Positions 52,151 through 64,000 of a stretch of 64,000 bases of DNA are shown here, piece after piece. Numbering within the stretch: position 1 is the first letter of the stretch; the number at the start of each line of letters is the position of its first letter. The stretch lies in NCBI GenBank assembly GCA_951406725.2, contig OX597815.1:76198001-76262000 (forward strand), given 5' to 3'. The stretch is from Octopus vulgaris (taxonomy: Eukaryota). A program made the position numbers and the translations under genes. The notes under the pieces were generated by a model that did not search any database, was not told the origin of the DNA, and worked only from the letters and a program-made list of their open reading frames with translations.

Positions 52151-53295
52151 GGGTGCAAGCATAGTTGTGTGGGTAAAGTAGTTTGTATCACAACAATGTA
52201 ATTTCAGCAGAATTGATACCAGTGCTAGTGCCACATAAAAAGCATCCAGTACACTCTGTGGAGTGGTTGGCATTAGGAAAGGCATCCAGCAGATGAAACC
52301 ATGTCAAAACAGACAATGAAGCATGGTGTTGCTCCTTGCCTTACCAGCTCCATTCAAGCTGTCCAAGCCATGCAAGCATGGAAAACAGACGTTAAATGCT
52401 GCTGCTAATGATGATGATTATTCCACTGCATAACATTTTATGGCAAGTGCCTTCCAATGTATTCTCAGGTTGAGATTGAAATTTAGTGGATAGAAATTGA
52501 TGTGTGTGTGTGTGTGTGCGCGCGCGTATGCAGCATGGAGACTGGCATGTTAAAGTAGACCCAATGTTTCCTCTGTATGTCGCAAAAGACAGCCAAAAGA
52601 GATTGATGTAGGATTTATACTCTGACTTTGTAAAACCCTCACCAGCAACAACAACCCAAACAGGCCCTTGGTTTGGATGGTTATCACCTGAATGGTGCAA
52701 AGGTGTCATCCACCAGGACTAGAGTATCATCAACAAATGGTGGATGTGGTGATGCACTGTCACAATGCATACTCCCATACTACTACTATATGTATGTGTG
52801 TGTACAAGACAAACTTTATATACATACATACATAGATGTACGTATGCACACACACACACACACACGATGAGCTTCTTCCAGTTTCCAACTACCAATTCCC
52901 CTCGTAGAGCTTTAGGTGCCATGTGATGGACTGAACTCAAAACCATATGAATGGAAAGAGACCTTCTTAACTACACAGCCATGCCTATGAATATATTCAT
53001 AGGCATACAGATAGCTATGTAATCAAACTTTATGAAGAAACATGTCACAGTGACTTCACTGTTTTGGCATACTTCCTTTGTCAGACTGATGAAGGTGGGC
53101 AAGTTGAATATTCAAAGCCACTGTTAACCTTTACCTTGTAAAAGTTCAATAAGTATGTTCTCTAATAAAAAGTATTGAGTAATCCTTTGGATTAATGTCG
53201 AATTATTGTCATATACAACTTGACATAAAACAAACAATATACATTCATGTGTGTGTGCATGTGCGTTTATGCTTATATATATTCTTCATAATATA

Positions 53296-54098
53296 CTAGG
53301 TGTATTTCAGAAGTTTACAGGCAGTTTTTAGGAGAGGCAGTTATAAATGTACAAGGTAATTATAATTTTAGTATGTCTTTATAATATCATGATTTTAATA
53401 TATCTAATTAGCTGTGCAGCAGCACTTTGAACATACCCTATTAAACTTTGCTTGTCTCAGCTGACTAGTTTGCATTATTCAGTCAGGTTGCTTGGAAGCT
53501 CACTATGCCATAAAGTTTTGTGTTAAACGGGGTGAAAATGCTACGGAAACTTATGAAATGTTACAGATTGTTAATGATTAATTTTTCGCTGGCACAAATG
53601 GTTCACAGACGATAGAGAGGAGGTGGGAGATGATGTGAGGTGTGGGAGGGAGAGGAAGAAGTCTGTCATATGTCTATAAAGAAAATAGGCATACAGTTTG
53701 GAGTTGGTTTGGCAACTGTACAGCAAATTATTCATGTGCAAAATTTGTTCTCAAGGTGCTCAGTAGTGAGCATCCCGCTAACAAAATACTTGACTGAGAT
53801 GGGCATCAAAATCATCCCTCACCCTCCCTACAGTCCAGCCCTTGTTCTCTGACTTTTCGTTGTTCAAGCTGAAAAACTTCGGGGAGGTTGTTTTGAAGAT
53901 GAAAGTGGCTGTGATATGGGTCCTGGACACCTTCGCTTCAGAGGATTTTTATAGGGCCTTCACAAAGCGGCTGGAGTGCTGCAACAAGTGCACCGAAGTC
54001 AGAGGATCCTATTTTGAAGGAGATTAGAGCTTTGTACTTCTTAGAAATTAATAAATGTCTCTCTTGAAAAAGTTCAAAAACTTCTGGAATGCACCTTG
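53296..54098 (+). mobile_element. Internally deleted mariner (DD34D-type) transposon
   Basis: TA flanks and TIRs CTAGGTGTATTTCAGAAGTTT / AAACTTCTGGAATGCACCTTG. Transposase relics YAIKFC, NATETYEML, FRWHKWF, HPPYSP and GSYFEGD*. Confidence 0.8.
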
Positions 54099-54855
54099 TA
54101 TATCAATATAGGCTAAAACATAAAAAAACTTTCTCATCTTCCCAAGCGTTAAACCAATACACCTGTTTATTGTTTATACACCAGTCTTTGTCTTTTGTAA
54201 ATTCCAACTATATTTTACCATAGCAAGTCAAACTCTAAACCACTAAAACTCACAGATACTCCAGATACTCCAGTATTCATTGATGTTAGAATAGATCTCT
54301 TTGAATTTTATTAAAAAAAGGTAATAGTAGGTTACCACTCATATTTCATAAAGATTGATTAGCTGCCAGGCAAGTTTAATCACAAAATAATAGAGGAGAA
54401 ATTGAAAGCTCAATTCAATAGATATGACATCTGTGTAAAGATGTATTGTGTATGCATTGATGTATATAGTTATGCGTATTTAAAGAAGTTTGTTTGCAAT
54501 CATGTGCTTTTGGGCTTGGTCCTATCAATGACACCTTGTCCTGGATTAACTACTGGCTTGTGAGTGAATTTGGTGGGCAGAAACTGTGTGGACGCCCATT
54601 ATGCGCACACACACACATGTATGTAGGTGTATGTATCTTTGTCCCCAGCAATGCTTTGACAACTGTTGTAGGTTTGTTTACATTCTTTAACTTAGTGGTT
54701 TGGCAAAAGAAAGTGATAGAATATGTACCAGACTTAAAAATAAGAACTAGGACTGATTTGTTTGACTGAACTCTTTAAGGCAGTGCACCATTATGGCTGC
54801 AGTCCAATGACTAAAAGAAGCAAAATAAAAAATGATGAAAATGATATTAATATGC

Positions 54856-54897
<42 letters not shown>

Positions 54898-56518
54898 CTT
54901 GATCCTAGACCATTTGTTGTTTATAACTGAAAACAATTACATTGTGAGAGTATCATCTTTAGTCAAAAGTTGTTATATGCAGTATTCACTTATTTCTTAA
55001 CAGTAGTGATCACTAGAAAGGGTCAAGATGGTTTTGTTCCTCTACAGATGCATAGCAGCAACAAAATCCATTACATAATGCCAGAAGAGCATTGTCTTTG
55101 CCTGTCAGTTCACTTACAACAACATTATTTTACATCTATCCATGCTGAGATGGGTTTGAGAGATCATCATGATATGAATCATTTTGCATCAAAACCTACT
55201 CAAAGTGTAGGTGCTTGTATGTGTCTATATACAAGCTTGCCGTTTCTATAGCTGGATGATCTTCCTTTTGCCAACCACTTTATAGAGTGTAGTGGCTGCA
55301 TTTTCAAATGGCACCAACCCTCAGAGGGTGAATACAGGGCAAAAGGGACATTATAACCCCGAATTTTCTCAGCTCATAGAGCCAACCACTTTACAGTAAA
55401 TGTATACAGTAAATGTAAATTTGGAGACAGAACAATGATAATAGAAAGACTAGAAATGAGTATTTGAGAGAGAAAGATAGGGGAGTAAATGTAGGTATGC
55501 AGAGTATTCAATAAACTAGGGCATGTACATTTGTATAGGTGACGAAGGAGGGGAATAGGAGAAAAAGAGAAAGAAGAATGATGCCAGAAGGACTGGAATG
55601 GTTGGGAGGGCCCAAGAAACAACAGTATGATGGAGGAAAAAACTGGGAAATTTAAGGGTGGTATTGGGAGGGGAGTAAATGGTAAAAGTGGGCAAAAGTG
55701 AAGGTGGGTAGGTGGAAAAAGCAAGACTATGATGGAAAAAAAGCAAGTTTATTTGGGTGAGGTCACTCATTGGCAACAACAGAGATGGACAAAGAGTAGG
55801 TGAGGGGTGGGGGAGTGATTGGGGTTAGCAGAGGTAGACAAAGATAGATATTAAGTGATAAGATAAAGGTGATAGTAAGCCAAAACAATCAGTTCATTTT
55901 AAATTGTGGTGACAGCTTGGAATGTTACTTGACTACCAAGCCAGCCCTAATGGTGTTTATTGAAGTATTCTGAAAAAAACAAGACAGATTTTCTATCAAA
56001 TTCAAACATCTTTGAATTGTGTTTGTGTCATGACTGTTGAGTTATGTCCTTGTTAGCATTGGGTGGTAAACTGCATATGCCATGACTCTTGAGTTATGTT
56101 CTTGTTAGCTAGCACTGGGTGGGAAACACTTCCAAGAAGTTTCTGAGGACGGAGAATCATAAAAAAGCTATATGAGTTCCAGGTCATTTGGGTCATATCC
56201 TGGGATCAAAGTTTTTGATGTCCCTTCTTGGGTGCTTTGGTCCATTCATAAATGTTATGCTATTCAGAATTGCCACATAAACCTTGTGGTTATTCCTTAA
56301 ATTTTTATTTTTCAAGAAATATGGACATGTTATAGTGTTTGCTAGGTGGCAGAAATTCAAAGAGCTGTCGTGTTAGTCAGGAAATATTTTTAATTGTTGT
56401 TCGGTATAGCTGAGGTGTTAGCAGAATATTCAATGCTTCTTTTCCTGTGTGTGTGTTTGTGTATGTATACACACACAACTCACATGCACTCATATATATA
56501 TATATATATATATATATA

Positions 56519-56700
56519 GTCGCCATGATAGATTGTTAGCCACTATACACATTTTTTTCTCTCCTTGTTTTTTCATGTCCCTTTCTGTAGAAGTGCGTAG
56601 GCTCGAAACGTAAAAGACTTTTTCTATTCCTAAGCGTTATACTAATACATCTGTTTGTTTTGTACACCACCTGTCTTTGTCTTTTTCGTAAATTCTCCCT
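56519..56700 (+). mobile_element. Small (TA)n-flanked element with ultra-minimal hammerhead-like motif at 56581-56616
   Basis: CTTT-CTGTAGA-AGTGCGTAGGCTC-GAAA-CG-TA-AAAG. A degenerate second copy is at about 54105-54212. Confidence 0.6.
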
Positions 56701-56718
56701 ATATATATATATATATAT

Positions 56719-56966
56719 CAATCGTCAGTGGATCACATATCCGAAAAAGAAGCCTACTCCAAAGGACAGAACAGTAATGTATTTACATGCAGTTAAATAT
56801 ATGTTTGGTCATAGAGTGACCAATGGTTTCTCATCCATAAAGTGCTTAGCTTTATAGACAACTCGTCAGATTTGCCATTAGTATCTGACAATTGTCTATA
56901 AAGCCAAGCACTTTATGGATGTGAAACCATTGGTCACTCTACGACTGGACATATATTTAACTGCAG

Positions 56967-56968
<2 letters not shown>
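56719..56968. mobile_element. Penelope pLTR-like fold-back with two head-to-head hammerhead motifs
   Basis: Arms 56788-56871 and 56883-56965 are imperfect inverted repeats. The left arm on the minus strand reads CTGACGA-GTTGTCTATAAAG..CTTTATGGATGA-GAAA-CCATTGG-TC. (TA)n on both sides. Confidence 0.7.
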
Positions 56969-57039
<71 letters not shown>

Positions 57040-57616
57040 AGTGCTCATGGCCTAGTAGTCAGGTGTTACATTTATAATTGCGAGATCACAAGTTTGATTT
57101 CTGGAGCAGATGGTGTGTTGTGCTCTTGAGCAAAACACTTCATCTCACGTTGCTCTGCAATCACTTTGACATCTGATGTATAGCACATAGTGCATTTGTA
57201 CAGGCAATGAGGATTTGTGGAGGAAATGAGTTTATGTGCAGCACAAACATACTATCATTACAAACAAATAATCTGTGCAAGTTGTTCAGCAAGAAATTGC
57301 AGAACTATCTTTCTTAGACTTGAGAGACTATTATTAATTATATATGTCATTGTAATAATGAAGACAAAACAAATAATATTTTGAATGCATTTAATAAGTA
57401 TGCTTCAAATCTGCATAATATATAATATGAAATACACCCCTTACACAACAACTTCAATTAATATATTTCAAAATATAAACCAACTGATGGAGATAGTTTG
57501 GTGTGTGTGCATGTGTGTGTGTGTGATGGGGGTCAGCCAGTTAAGTTGTCTAAGTTAGGAGGGAGGAAAATATGTATAGGGAAGAAGGAAGGAGACAGAG
57601 AGACTGAGAGAGATAG

Positions 57617-57685
<69 letters not shown>

Positions 57686-58679
57686 AATGGTGAGATAAGG
57701 GATATAAGGAGATGCAGAAGAGAGAAAGAGAAGGAGAGTGAGAGAAGAGGAAAGAAAACAGACAGCTGTGTTTGTATGTATATAGAAAGGATGTGAGGTT
57801 AAAAAGTTTGCTTACAAACCATACAGTTTTAGGTTCAGTCTCATTGCATGGCACCTAGGGCCAACCAAAGACTTGTGAGTGGTTATGAGAGATGGAAACT
57901 GAAAGAAACTTATTATGCATGTGTGTGTATGTGTGTGTGTGCATGCACGCTCATGCATGAATGTGTATACATGTGTGTATCTCCTTGTCTTGACATAACA
58001 TAATGGTTGTAGCAAGCATCCTAGCAGCATCATTCATTTCCAGTTTTCTATGAAAACGTGTCTAATTATGAGGAAATATTATCTGACAACATCGAGAGCA
58101 TCTACCCATAGAAAATCAGCCTCAATGAATTCCATCTGATCCAATGCAAGTATGGAAAAGTAGACATTATGATGATGGTGATATACACACATGCATACAA
58201 CACCACACTTTATGTTTTGAGTTCAAATCCCAGTGAGGTTAATTGTATTTTTCAACCGGTTGGGGTCAGGAAATAAAGGGTCTGTCCAGGGTAGAGCACC
58301 GGCAGAATTGTTAGTGCTCTAGATGAGATGCCTGATGATATATGAGGTTAAATCTTCCTCCTAAGTTCTATCAAAAGCTGGCAGAATTGTCAGCACATTG
58401 GGTAAAATGCTTAGTGGCATTTTGTGTGTTTTTACATTCTGGTTCCAATGTCATTAGGGTCTTCCATCATTTTAGGGTCTATAAAATAAGTACCAGTTGA
58501 GCAGAGGAGTCAATGTAATTGATTTAGCCCCTACCCTGAAATTGATGGCCTTATGCCAAAATTTGAAACCAATATTTAGGTTATTGCAAAGGGTTGACAT
58601 TGAGTCCAGTGTAAAAAATGTGAGTGCCTATGAATTTTCAATGAACTCACAAAACTAATGCAGAATGAATTTCATAAGA

Positions 58680-59110
58680 ACAGGACAGAAGGCATTTACA
58701 TTGATAACAGATGTGCTCAAAGCAAAGCTGGACAAGACCCTATGCGCTAGTCTCTTCGGCAGCACTGTTGTACTTGTGCTCTTATATGCAAGCAAGACAT
58801 AGGCTACTACAAAGAGGGAAGATGCAAAAGGCCATGAAAAGATTAATGTTTGGAATATTGTTGCAAGAATATATCCAAAATGGGATGGTTCTCAAATGAA
58901 GTGGAAAATACTCAAAGAACAAGTTCCTCAGGGCCAGATATGTTGTGAGGGTCACACGCAACAGGTAAATCAATACAGTTGCAAGTTGTATTCTAGAGAT
59001 TAGAAAAGACCATTTGGAAGGCCTCCACAATGATGGGAAGATGAATTAGTAAAACAATTTGATCCAAAATGGAAAAGAATGACACAATTAATAAAGTTTA
59101 GAAGCATGTT
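58680..59110 (+). mobile_element. Old RTE-type LINE C-terminal remnant (different lineage)
   Basis: LFGSTVVLVLLYASKT*ATTK...AMKRLMFGILLQEYIQN resembles the RTE post-RT motif LxxxxVLPxxLYAxETW...MER.M.G. Confidence 0.5.
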
Positions 59111-59771
59111 GCAACCAGTCTCTTTTTTTGTTACAGGGATTTAAACAAACCAACACCTGTCAAGAGGTGGTGGGAAACATAGAAACATATGCACATATAT
59201 ACACATGATGGGCTTCCATACATTTACCATCTACCAAATTCATTTACAAGACATTGGTTGGCCCAAGACTACAGTCAAAGACATTTGCCCAAAGTATTGC
59301 ACAATGATACTGAACTTGAAAGCACATGGTTACAAAGTGAGCTTCTTAACCACACAACCATGTCTGGGGAAAACTACTAAGCTCTGGGCAATGATGCTTG
59401 TTGACATCTCCCTTTTGAAGGGAATAGAAACTTCCTTACTTGAAAAACAGCTAAAATTTTGCAACAAGAAGAACATCTGGCTATAAAATGGATGCCTTAA
59501 CATCATAAATTAATCTAACCAAGGAATCAACAAACTTTTTAAAGCACTGACCTCCTTCATGAAATCACTGATAACTCATTGATCCCAATCATGTAAATTT
59601 CTAAAATAAAATTAAAAAGTATAATTAAAAAAAATTCCTATTTAGAATCAACAATTCCTTTGTTCTTTTTTGTCACTACTGCATTTTAATAAAACATATT
59701 TACAGAAATAATGTTGTTTGATGACATTTTCAAACAGCAGCAAACATTATTGATACACTTGGAATATTTAA

Positions 59772-59991
59772 CCCAATAGCATTCAGATTACTCTGTCGAA
59801 TGTAATGCTTATTTATTCATATTGTTTTGAATTAATCATACATTATCTTGTTGCTTTGAGATTTTGATAATGTGATTGTTTATTTTTAGAATGACATTGC
59901 AGAGTAGGTATGAGAGGCCTGATCTAGTTAGATTGAACATAAAGCAAGTAGAATATTTGGGCCTGATACGACTGGTCTGAATGCTAAAGGA
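59772..59991. mobile_element. piggyBac-like MITE (second family, 220 bp)
   Basis: TTAA|CCCAATAGCATTCAG ... CTGAATGCTAAAGGA|TTAA. Confidence 0.6.
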
Positions 59992-61674
59992 TTAATGTTT
60001 GTTGAATACTAGTTGTTGCATTGATGTTTGGCTGAAATTAGTTTTAGCCTTAAATTACAGTACCTTCTGGATTCAATTCTATAATAATTTAACATCTTTA
60101 ACATTTGATATTGCTTCAGGTGTTTATTGATCCGTTGGATAGCCACATAGGCCTAGGTTGATTGACCACTTTCCCAACCCCTGGTCTGACTCATGCGAGC
60201 ATGAAAAAAAGCAAAAAAACAAAATACCGGATGTAAAGCAAATGAATGAATGGATTTGTGTATTAGTTTCCTCATAAAGCTTAGATTTAACTGTATAGAA
60301 CTAAACCAAGTGACTTAAATTCAAATCAATAATCACAGTCATTTGTTAGTGTTTTCTTTTATGAGTGTTTTTAAAAGATTTATCTACAATGAAAGTGCAT
60401 TAGACAGGCTGATCGAAGACTCTTTTCTGTATCTTCTACAAATCTCTTATCTTTCAATCAGGTTATTTCTTTTGAGACAAATAGGCAGATATTCACAGCA
60501 GTTTCAGTTAAAACATTGTAAATAAATTAGGTCAGTACAGAATGTTATTGTGCCCTCCCACCTAAAAAAAACCCCCAAAAAACCAAAAACAACCTCATTT
60601 ATATAAGCTTTCTCAAGTTTTATAAAATTAATTGTTATGATATGGTTTTTTTTTTTGCAATAAAAGTCATAAGACTTGCAAATATAGTTGGATTTATTTT
60701 ACTAGAGAGAGTATACCAAATGAACTAGCAAAAAAATAAAAATTAATGAGGTAATAGGAAATGTGTCAATATATGAAGGAAAAAAACTTCACCAGTAGTT
60801 CGTGTTCTAAATCATGGTAATGATATATTGACTAGTTTTACCCTACATATCTTTACAATGCTTTCATCATGGAGTCTTTTGTATGAAAAAAAAAAAAAAT
60901 TTAAAACACTACATATTTAATATTTATAACAATTTCAAAACTCTAATGTAATGCTGTGTGATTAATTATAAGATCTGTGTCTTTAGTACATCAATAAGAT
61001 CCAATAAAACATTACATCATTTAACATAATATTGTATGGGATTACCTATAAAGAGAATATGTTTATTTTTATATTACATTATTTGAGACCCAGTAACACA
61101 TTGAATGATTTAGTGATAAATCAAAGTATTACTTATTGGTTTAATCAAAAGGAAGGTCATGTGCTTTGTAGAAAAGAAATAGCTAACATTTTTGGCAGAG
61201 CGTTTCCTCAGATGTCATTTTTTGCTTTCAACTGAAGTGACTGTTGCCAATACAGACTAACTATTATTGATAATAAGAAACATAAAGCTAGACATAAATC
61301 TGGGATAAGGGGAAAAGAAAATCTTTAAAATGTGCACACACACACACACACACACATATATATAGATGATCTTGACTACATTGACACTGATAGAGAACTA
61401 TTACTTATAAAGCAATATAACATTTTTTTTTTACAGAGCTAAACATATAAGGTAGAGAGTATTTCAATTTGGTTTTGGTTCTATTTTTAGGATTGTTAAT
61501 ATTATAAAAACCATCATTCCACAAGACATAAAATAAAGTTGCTGCTGTCAGCGATGATGACGGTGATTTGTAAATGTCTTTATTGTTACATAATTTACAA
61601 TTAAATGAGCTGTCTTCAAAAATTTATTCTGGAAAACATTGCAAAGATATTACCTGGGCTATATATATATATAC

Positions 61675-61707
<33 letters not shown>

Positions 61708-61708
<1 letters not shown>

Positions 61709-62302
61709 GTAAAACATGGTAAATGTTTTTACTTTTCATTCCCTTCCAAATTGCTCTTAATTGTAGTTTTAGACTTTTGACTGTTCCTCCTAGCATGTAA
61801 GGTGGCCTGTTAAGGGTCACCTCTTTTTGTGTTTAAATGTACACTAAATTTATATGGAAAATATGTTGTCTATTGACTTTTTATACATGCTAAGCCACTG
61901 GTAGAAAGATTTCTAAAATTTTGCTACCCTATATCATTTTAAGAATATGACTTTAGTAATTTCTGAAGTTAGTCAACATTTTTTATTTACTGCCGAGTGC
62001 AACTGTGCAGTAGATTTGAAAAATTATAATATATAATGATGGGACACGTGTTATTCTGTCTCTAAATTATATGTTAATGTTTGGGGTACCCAGTGATGGG
62101 AACTTTGCCCAGCAAATTATTTTATTTGCTAATTAAAGTTCGAAACCTAGGTCTAGTTGTAAAACATGGTAAATGTTTTTATTTTTCATTCCCTTCAAAA
62201 ATGCTCTTAACTATGGTTTTGGACTTTTAACTGTTCCTTCTGGCATGTAAGGCAGCCTGTTAAGGGTCACCTATTTTTGTGCTTAAATGTACACCAATTT
62301 TA
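61708..62302 (+). mobile_element. Partial tandem (450-bp period) pLTR/retrozyme-like element with degenerate hammerhead
   Basis: Direct repeats of about 145 bp start at 61708 and 62158. A hammerhead-like motif at 62093-62153 (GTGATGG-GAACTTT...AAAGTTC-GAAA-CCTAGG-TC) lies just before the second repeat. TA-flanked. Confidence 0.6.
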
Positions 62303-62308
62303 TATATA

Positions 62309-62864
62309 TCTATATATATAAAACTGTAGTTGTGTGAGTGTCTGTCCCCTTCGATTTAGATTCCTAACTACTCCCACATTTTGCGGTGCAGTTTAACCAA
62401 ATTCGGGTATCTTATAGTCGTGATTCATATCAAGTCCGTCTGGGTATTAGTGCGTGTCTACGATGAGTCTACGATTTTAAAAATAATTTAACATCATTTT
62501 TTATTCCATTTTAATGCATATTTTTTCGTGTGTCGATGGCGGCGGAGTTGGCGTCCACGTTCACGCCTGCACCTGTGTTGCTTCTCCCCTTCTTCCCTCC
62601 CTCGTGAAGCTGTGGGGAAGGGAGTGTAAGGAAATCAACGTCGTAAAGCGTTGTCAAGGAGACCAGCATTCTTTTAGAACAACGACTTCATGGCTTGAAG
62701 ACACCAAAACAGAAAATGTCTACGATGAGTCAACGATTTAAAAAAAAATTTACCATAATTTTTTTTCCATTTTTAATGCATTTTTTTTGCTATTTTTTGG
62801 CTATAACTCTCTAAAAATGCTTATTTCCCTTACAAACCCGAGCAATGCCGGGTGATACTGCTAG
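62309..62864 (+). mobile_element. Non-autonomous Helitron
   Basis: Inserted between A and T, with a 5' TC terminus and a 3' hairpin CCCGAGCAATGCCGGG followed by CTAG. Internal duplication at about 62456 and 62718. Confidence 0.85.
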
Positions 62865-63026
62865 TATATATATATAATTACAATTTAGTTGAATTAGGTA
62901 CTTAAGCTGAGGAACCAAGTCAGTCCAGTATTATTTTCACAGCTTGAAGGTGAATAAAAAGTAAATAACAATGATGTCAAGGTATTAGTGCATTACAACT
63001 GGCTTTATTCTCTAGTTCTGATGAAA

Positions 63027-63660
63027 TCATCATCATCATCATCATCATCGTTTAACGTCTGCTTTCCATGCTAGCATGGGTTGGACGGTTCAACTGGGGT
63101 CTGAGGAGCCCGAAGGCTGCACCAGGCCAGTCAGATCTGGCAGTGTTTCTACAGCTGGATGTCCTTCCTAACGCCAACCACTCCGAGAGTGTAGAGGGTG
63201 ATTTTATGTGCCACCGACACAGGTGCCAGATGAGGCTGGCGAACGGCCATGCTCGGATGGTGTTTTTTATGTGCCACCGACACAGGTGCCAGACGAGGCT
63301 GGCGAACGGCCACGCTCGGATGGTGTTTTTTTATGTGCCACCGACACAGGTGTCAGACGAGGCTGGCGAACGGCCACGCTTGGATGGTGTATTTTTATGT
63401 GCCACCGACACAGGTGTCAGACGAGGCTGGCGAACGGCCACGCTTGGATGGTGTTTTTAATTTTTATGTGCCACCGACACAGGTGCCAGACGAGGCTGGC
63501 GAACGGCCACGATCGGATGGTGTTTGTTACGTGCCCACAGCACGGAGGCCAGTCGATGCGGTACTGGCTACGGCCACGTTTGGATGGTTTTCTTATGTGC
63601 CACCGGCACTGGTACCACAAAGATACAAATTCCATTGATGTTCATCTATTTTGATTGGTT
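63027..63660 (-). mobile_element. RTE LINE 3' end with expanded 63-69-bp tandem repeat
   Basis: (CAT)n tail and RTE 3' terminus as at 1134. Units starting ATGTGCCACCGACACAGGTG at 63206, 63269, 63333, 63397 and 63466, plus degenerate units to about 63612. Confidence 0.85.
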
Positions 63661-63716
63661 TGAAATATTTACTAAAAATCATAATGGAGTATCCTGTATG
63701 ATGAAAACCTATATTA

Positions 63717-63803
63717 TGCATCTGAAGATGGTGGTGTATTTCAAATTGATGTAATGCTTGCATTGTTCGATTAAATGGAGCCAGCTGAAATGGCCATAAT
63801 GCA
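63717..63803 (+). ncRNA. Type I hammerhead ribozyme (long stem II, AUA triplet)
   Basis: TGCAT-CTGAAGA-TGGTGG...CCAGCT-GAAA-TGGCCA-TA-ATGCA. Perfect 5-bp stem I and palindromic stem III ATGGCCAT; the base of stem II is imperfect. Confidence 0.65.
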
Positions 63804-64000
63804 CTAATACCTTGACATCCTTGTTACTTATTAACATCTTGCTTATCTGCTATCATCCTCAATGCCCTCACATACCTACCATAATCCCTGCCCTTAAGCC
63901 TCTCTTATATTTCGCTTTATCATTTGCTTCAGTCATCTCTACCCTGCCCACCCAGTCCAAGTCTCTGTATCACCTCCACCTATGCTCACCTGCCCCCCAC

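Noticed and set aside
53080-53130. CTGATGA followed by a hairpin (similar weak cases near 5380, 33615 and 35540)
   Set aside because: The GAAA/stem III half or the CUGANGA half is missing; too degenerate to support.
61708-62302. TRIM or LTR pair (TGT...ACA)
   Set aside because: Similarity extends past the ACA, and no PBS, PPT or TSD is evident. A hammerhead-associated partial tandem fits better.
63203-63612. CRISPR-like regularly spaced repeats (also at 1295-1620)
   Set aside because: Whole units are homologous with no unique spacers, they lie within an RTE 3'UTR in a eukaryotic context, and there are no cas genes.

Overview
AT-rich, repeat-dense animal genomic DNA, most likely an octopod cephalopod (inferred from the SINE and RTE repeat repertoire). 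Two host genes are supported. One is the last three coding exons of a REPS1/2 (RalBP1-associated Eps-domain) gene on the + strand (494-6792). The other is a single-coding-exon TMEM45-family gene on the - strand (30015-30896). The rest is mobile DNA: tRNA-type SINEs with an internal microsatellite, RTE LINEs, Tc1/mariner remnants, MITEs, non-autonomous Helitrons, a HINE and Penelope-like (GIY-YIG) remnants. Two things stand out. (1) An intact 1005-aa APE+RT CR1-group LINE sits between 1.4-kb and 1.8-kb (TA)n arrays. A second, synonymously diverged lineage of the same LINE is also fused to the TA array, suggesting a (TA)n-targeting retrotransposon family. (2) At least seven sequence-unrelated families of small elements carry minimal type I hammerhead ribozymes with palindromic stem III, most at (TA)n or SINE-internal microsatellites, some as fold-back or 1.3-mer retrozyme-like structures. 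A 100-N assembly gap lies at 45894-45993. All structures were folded and aligned by eye; no searches were run.
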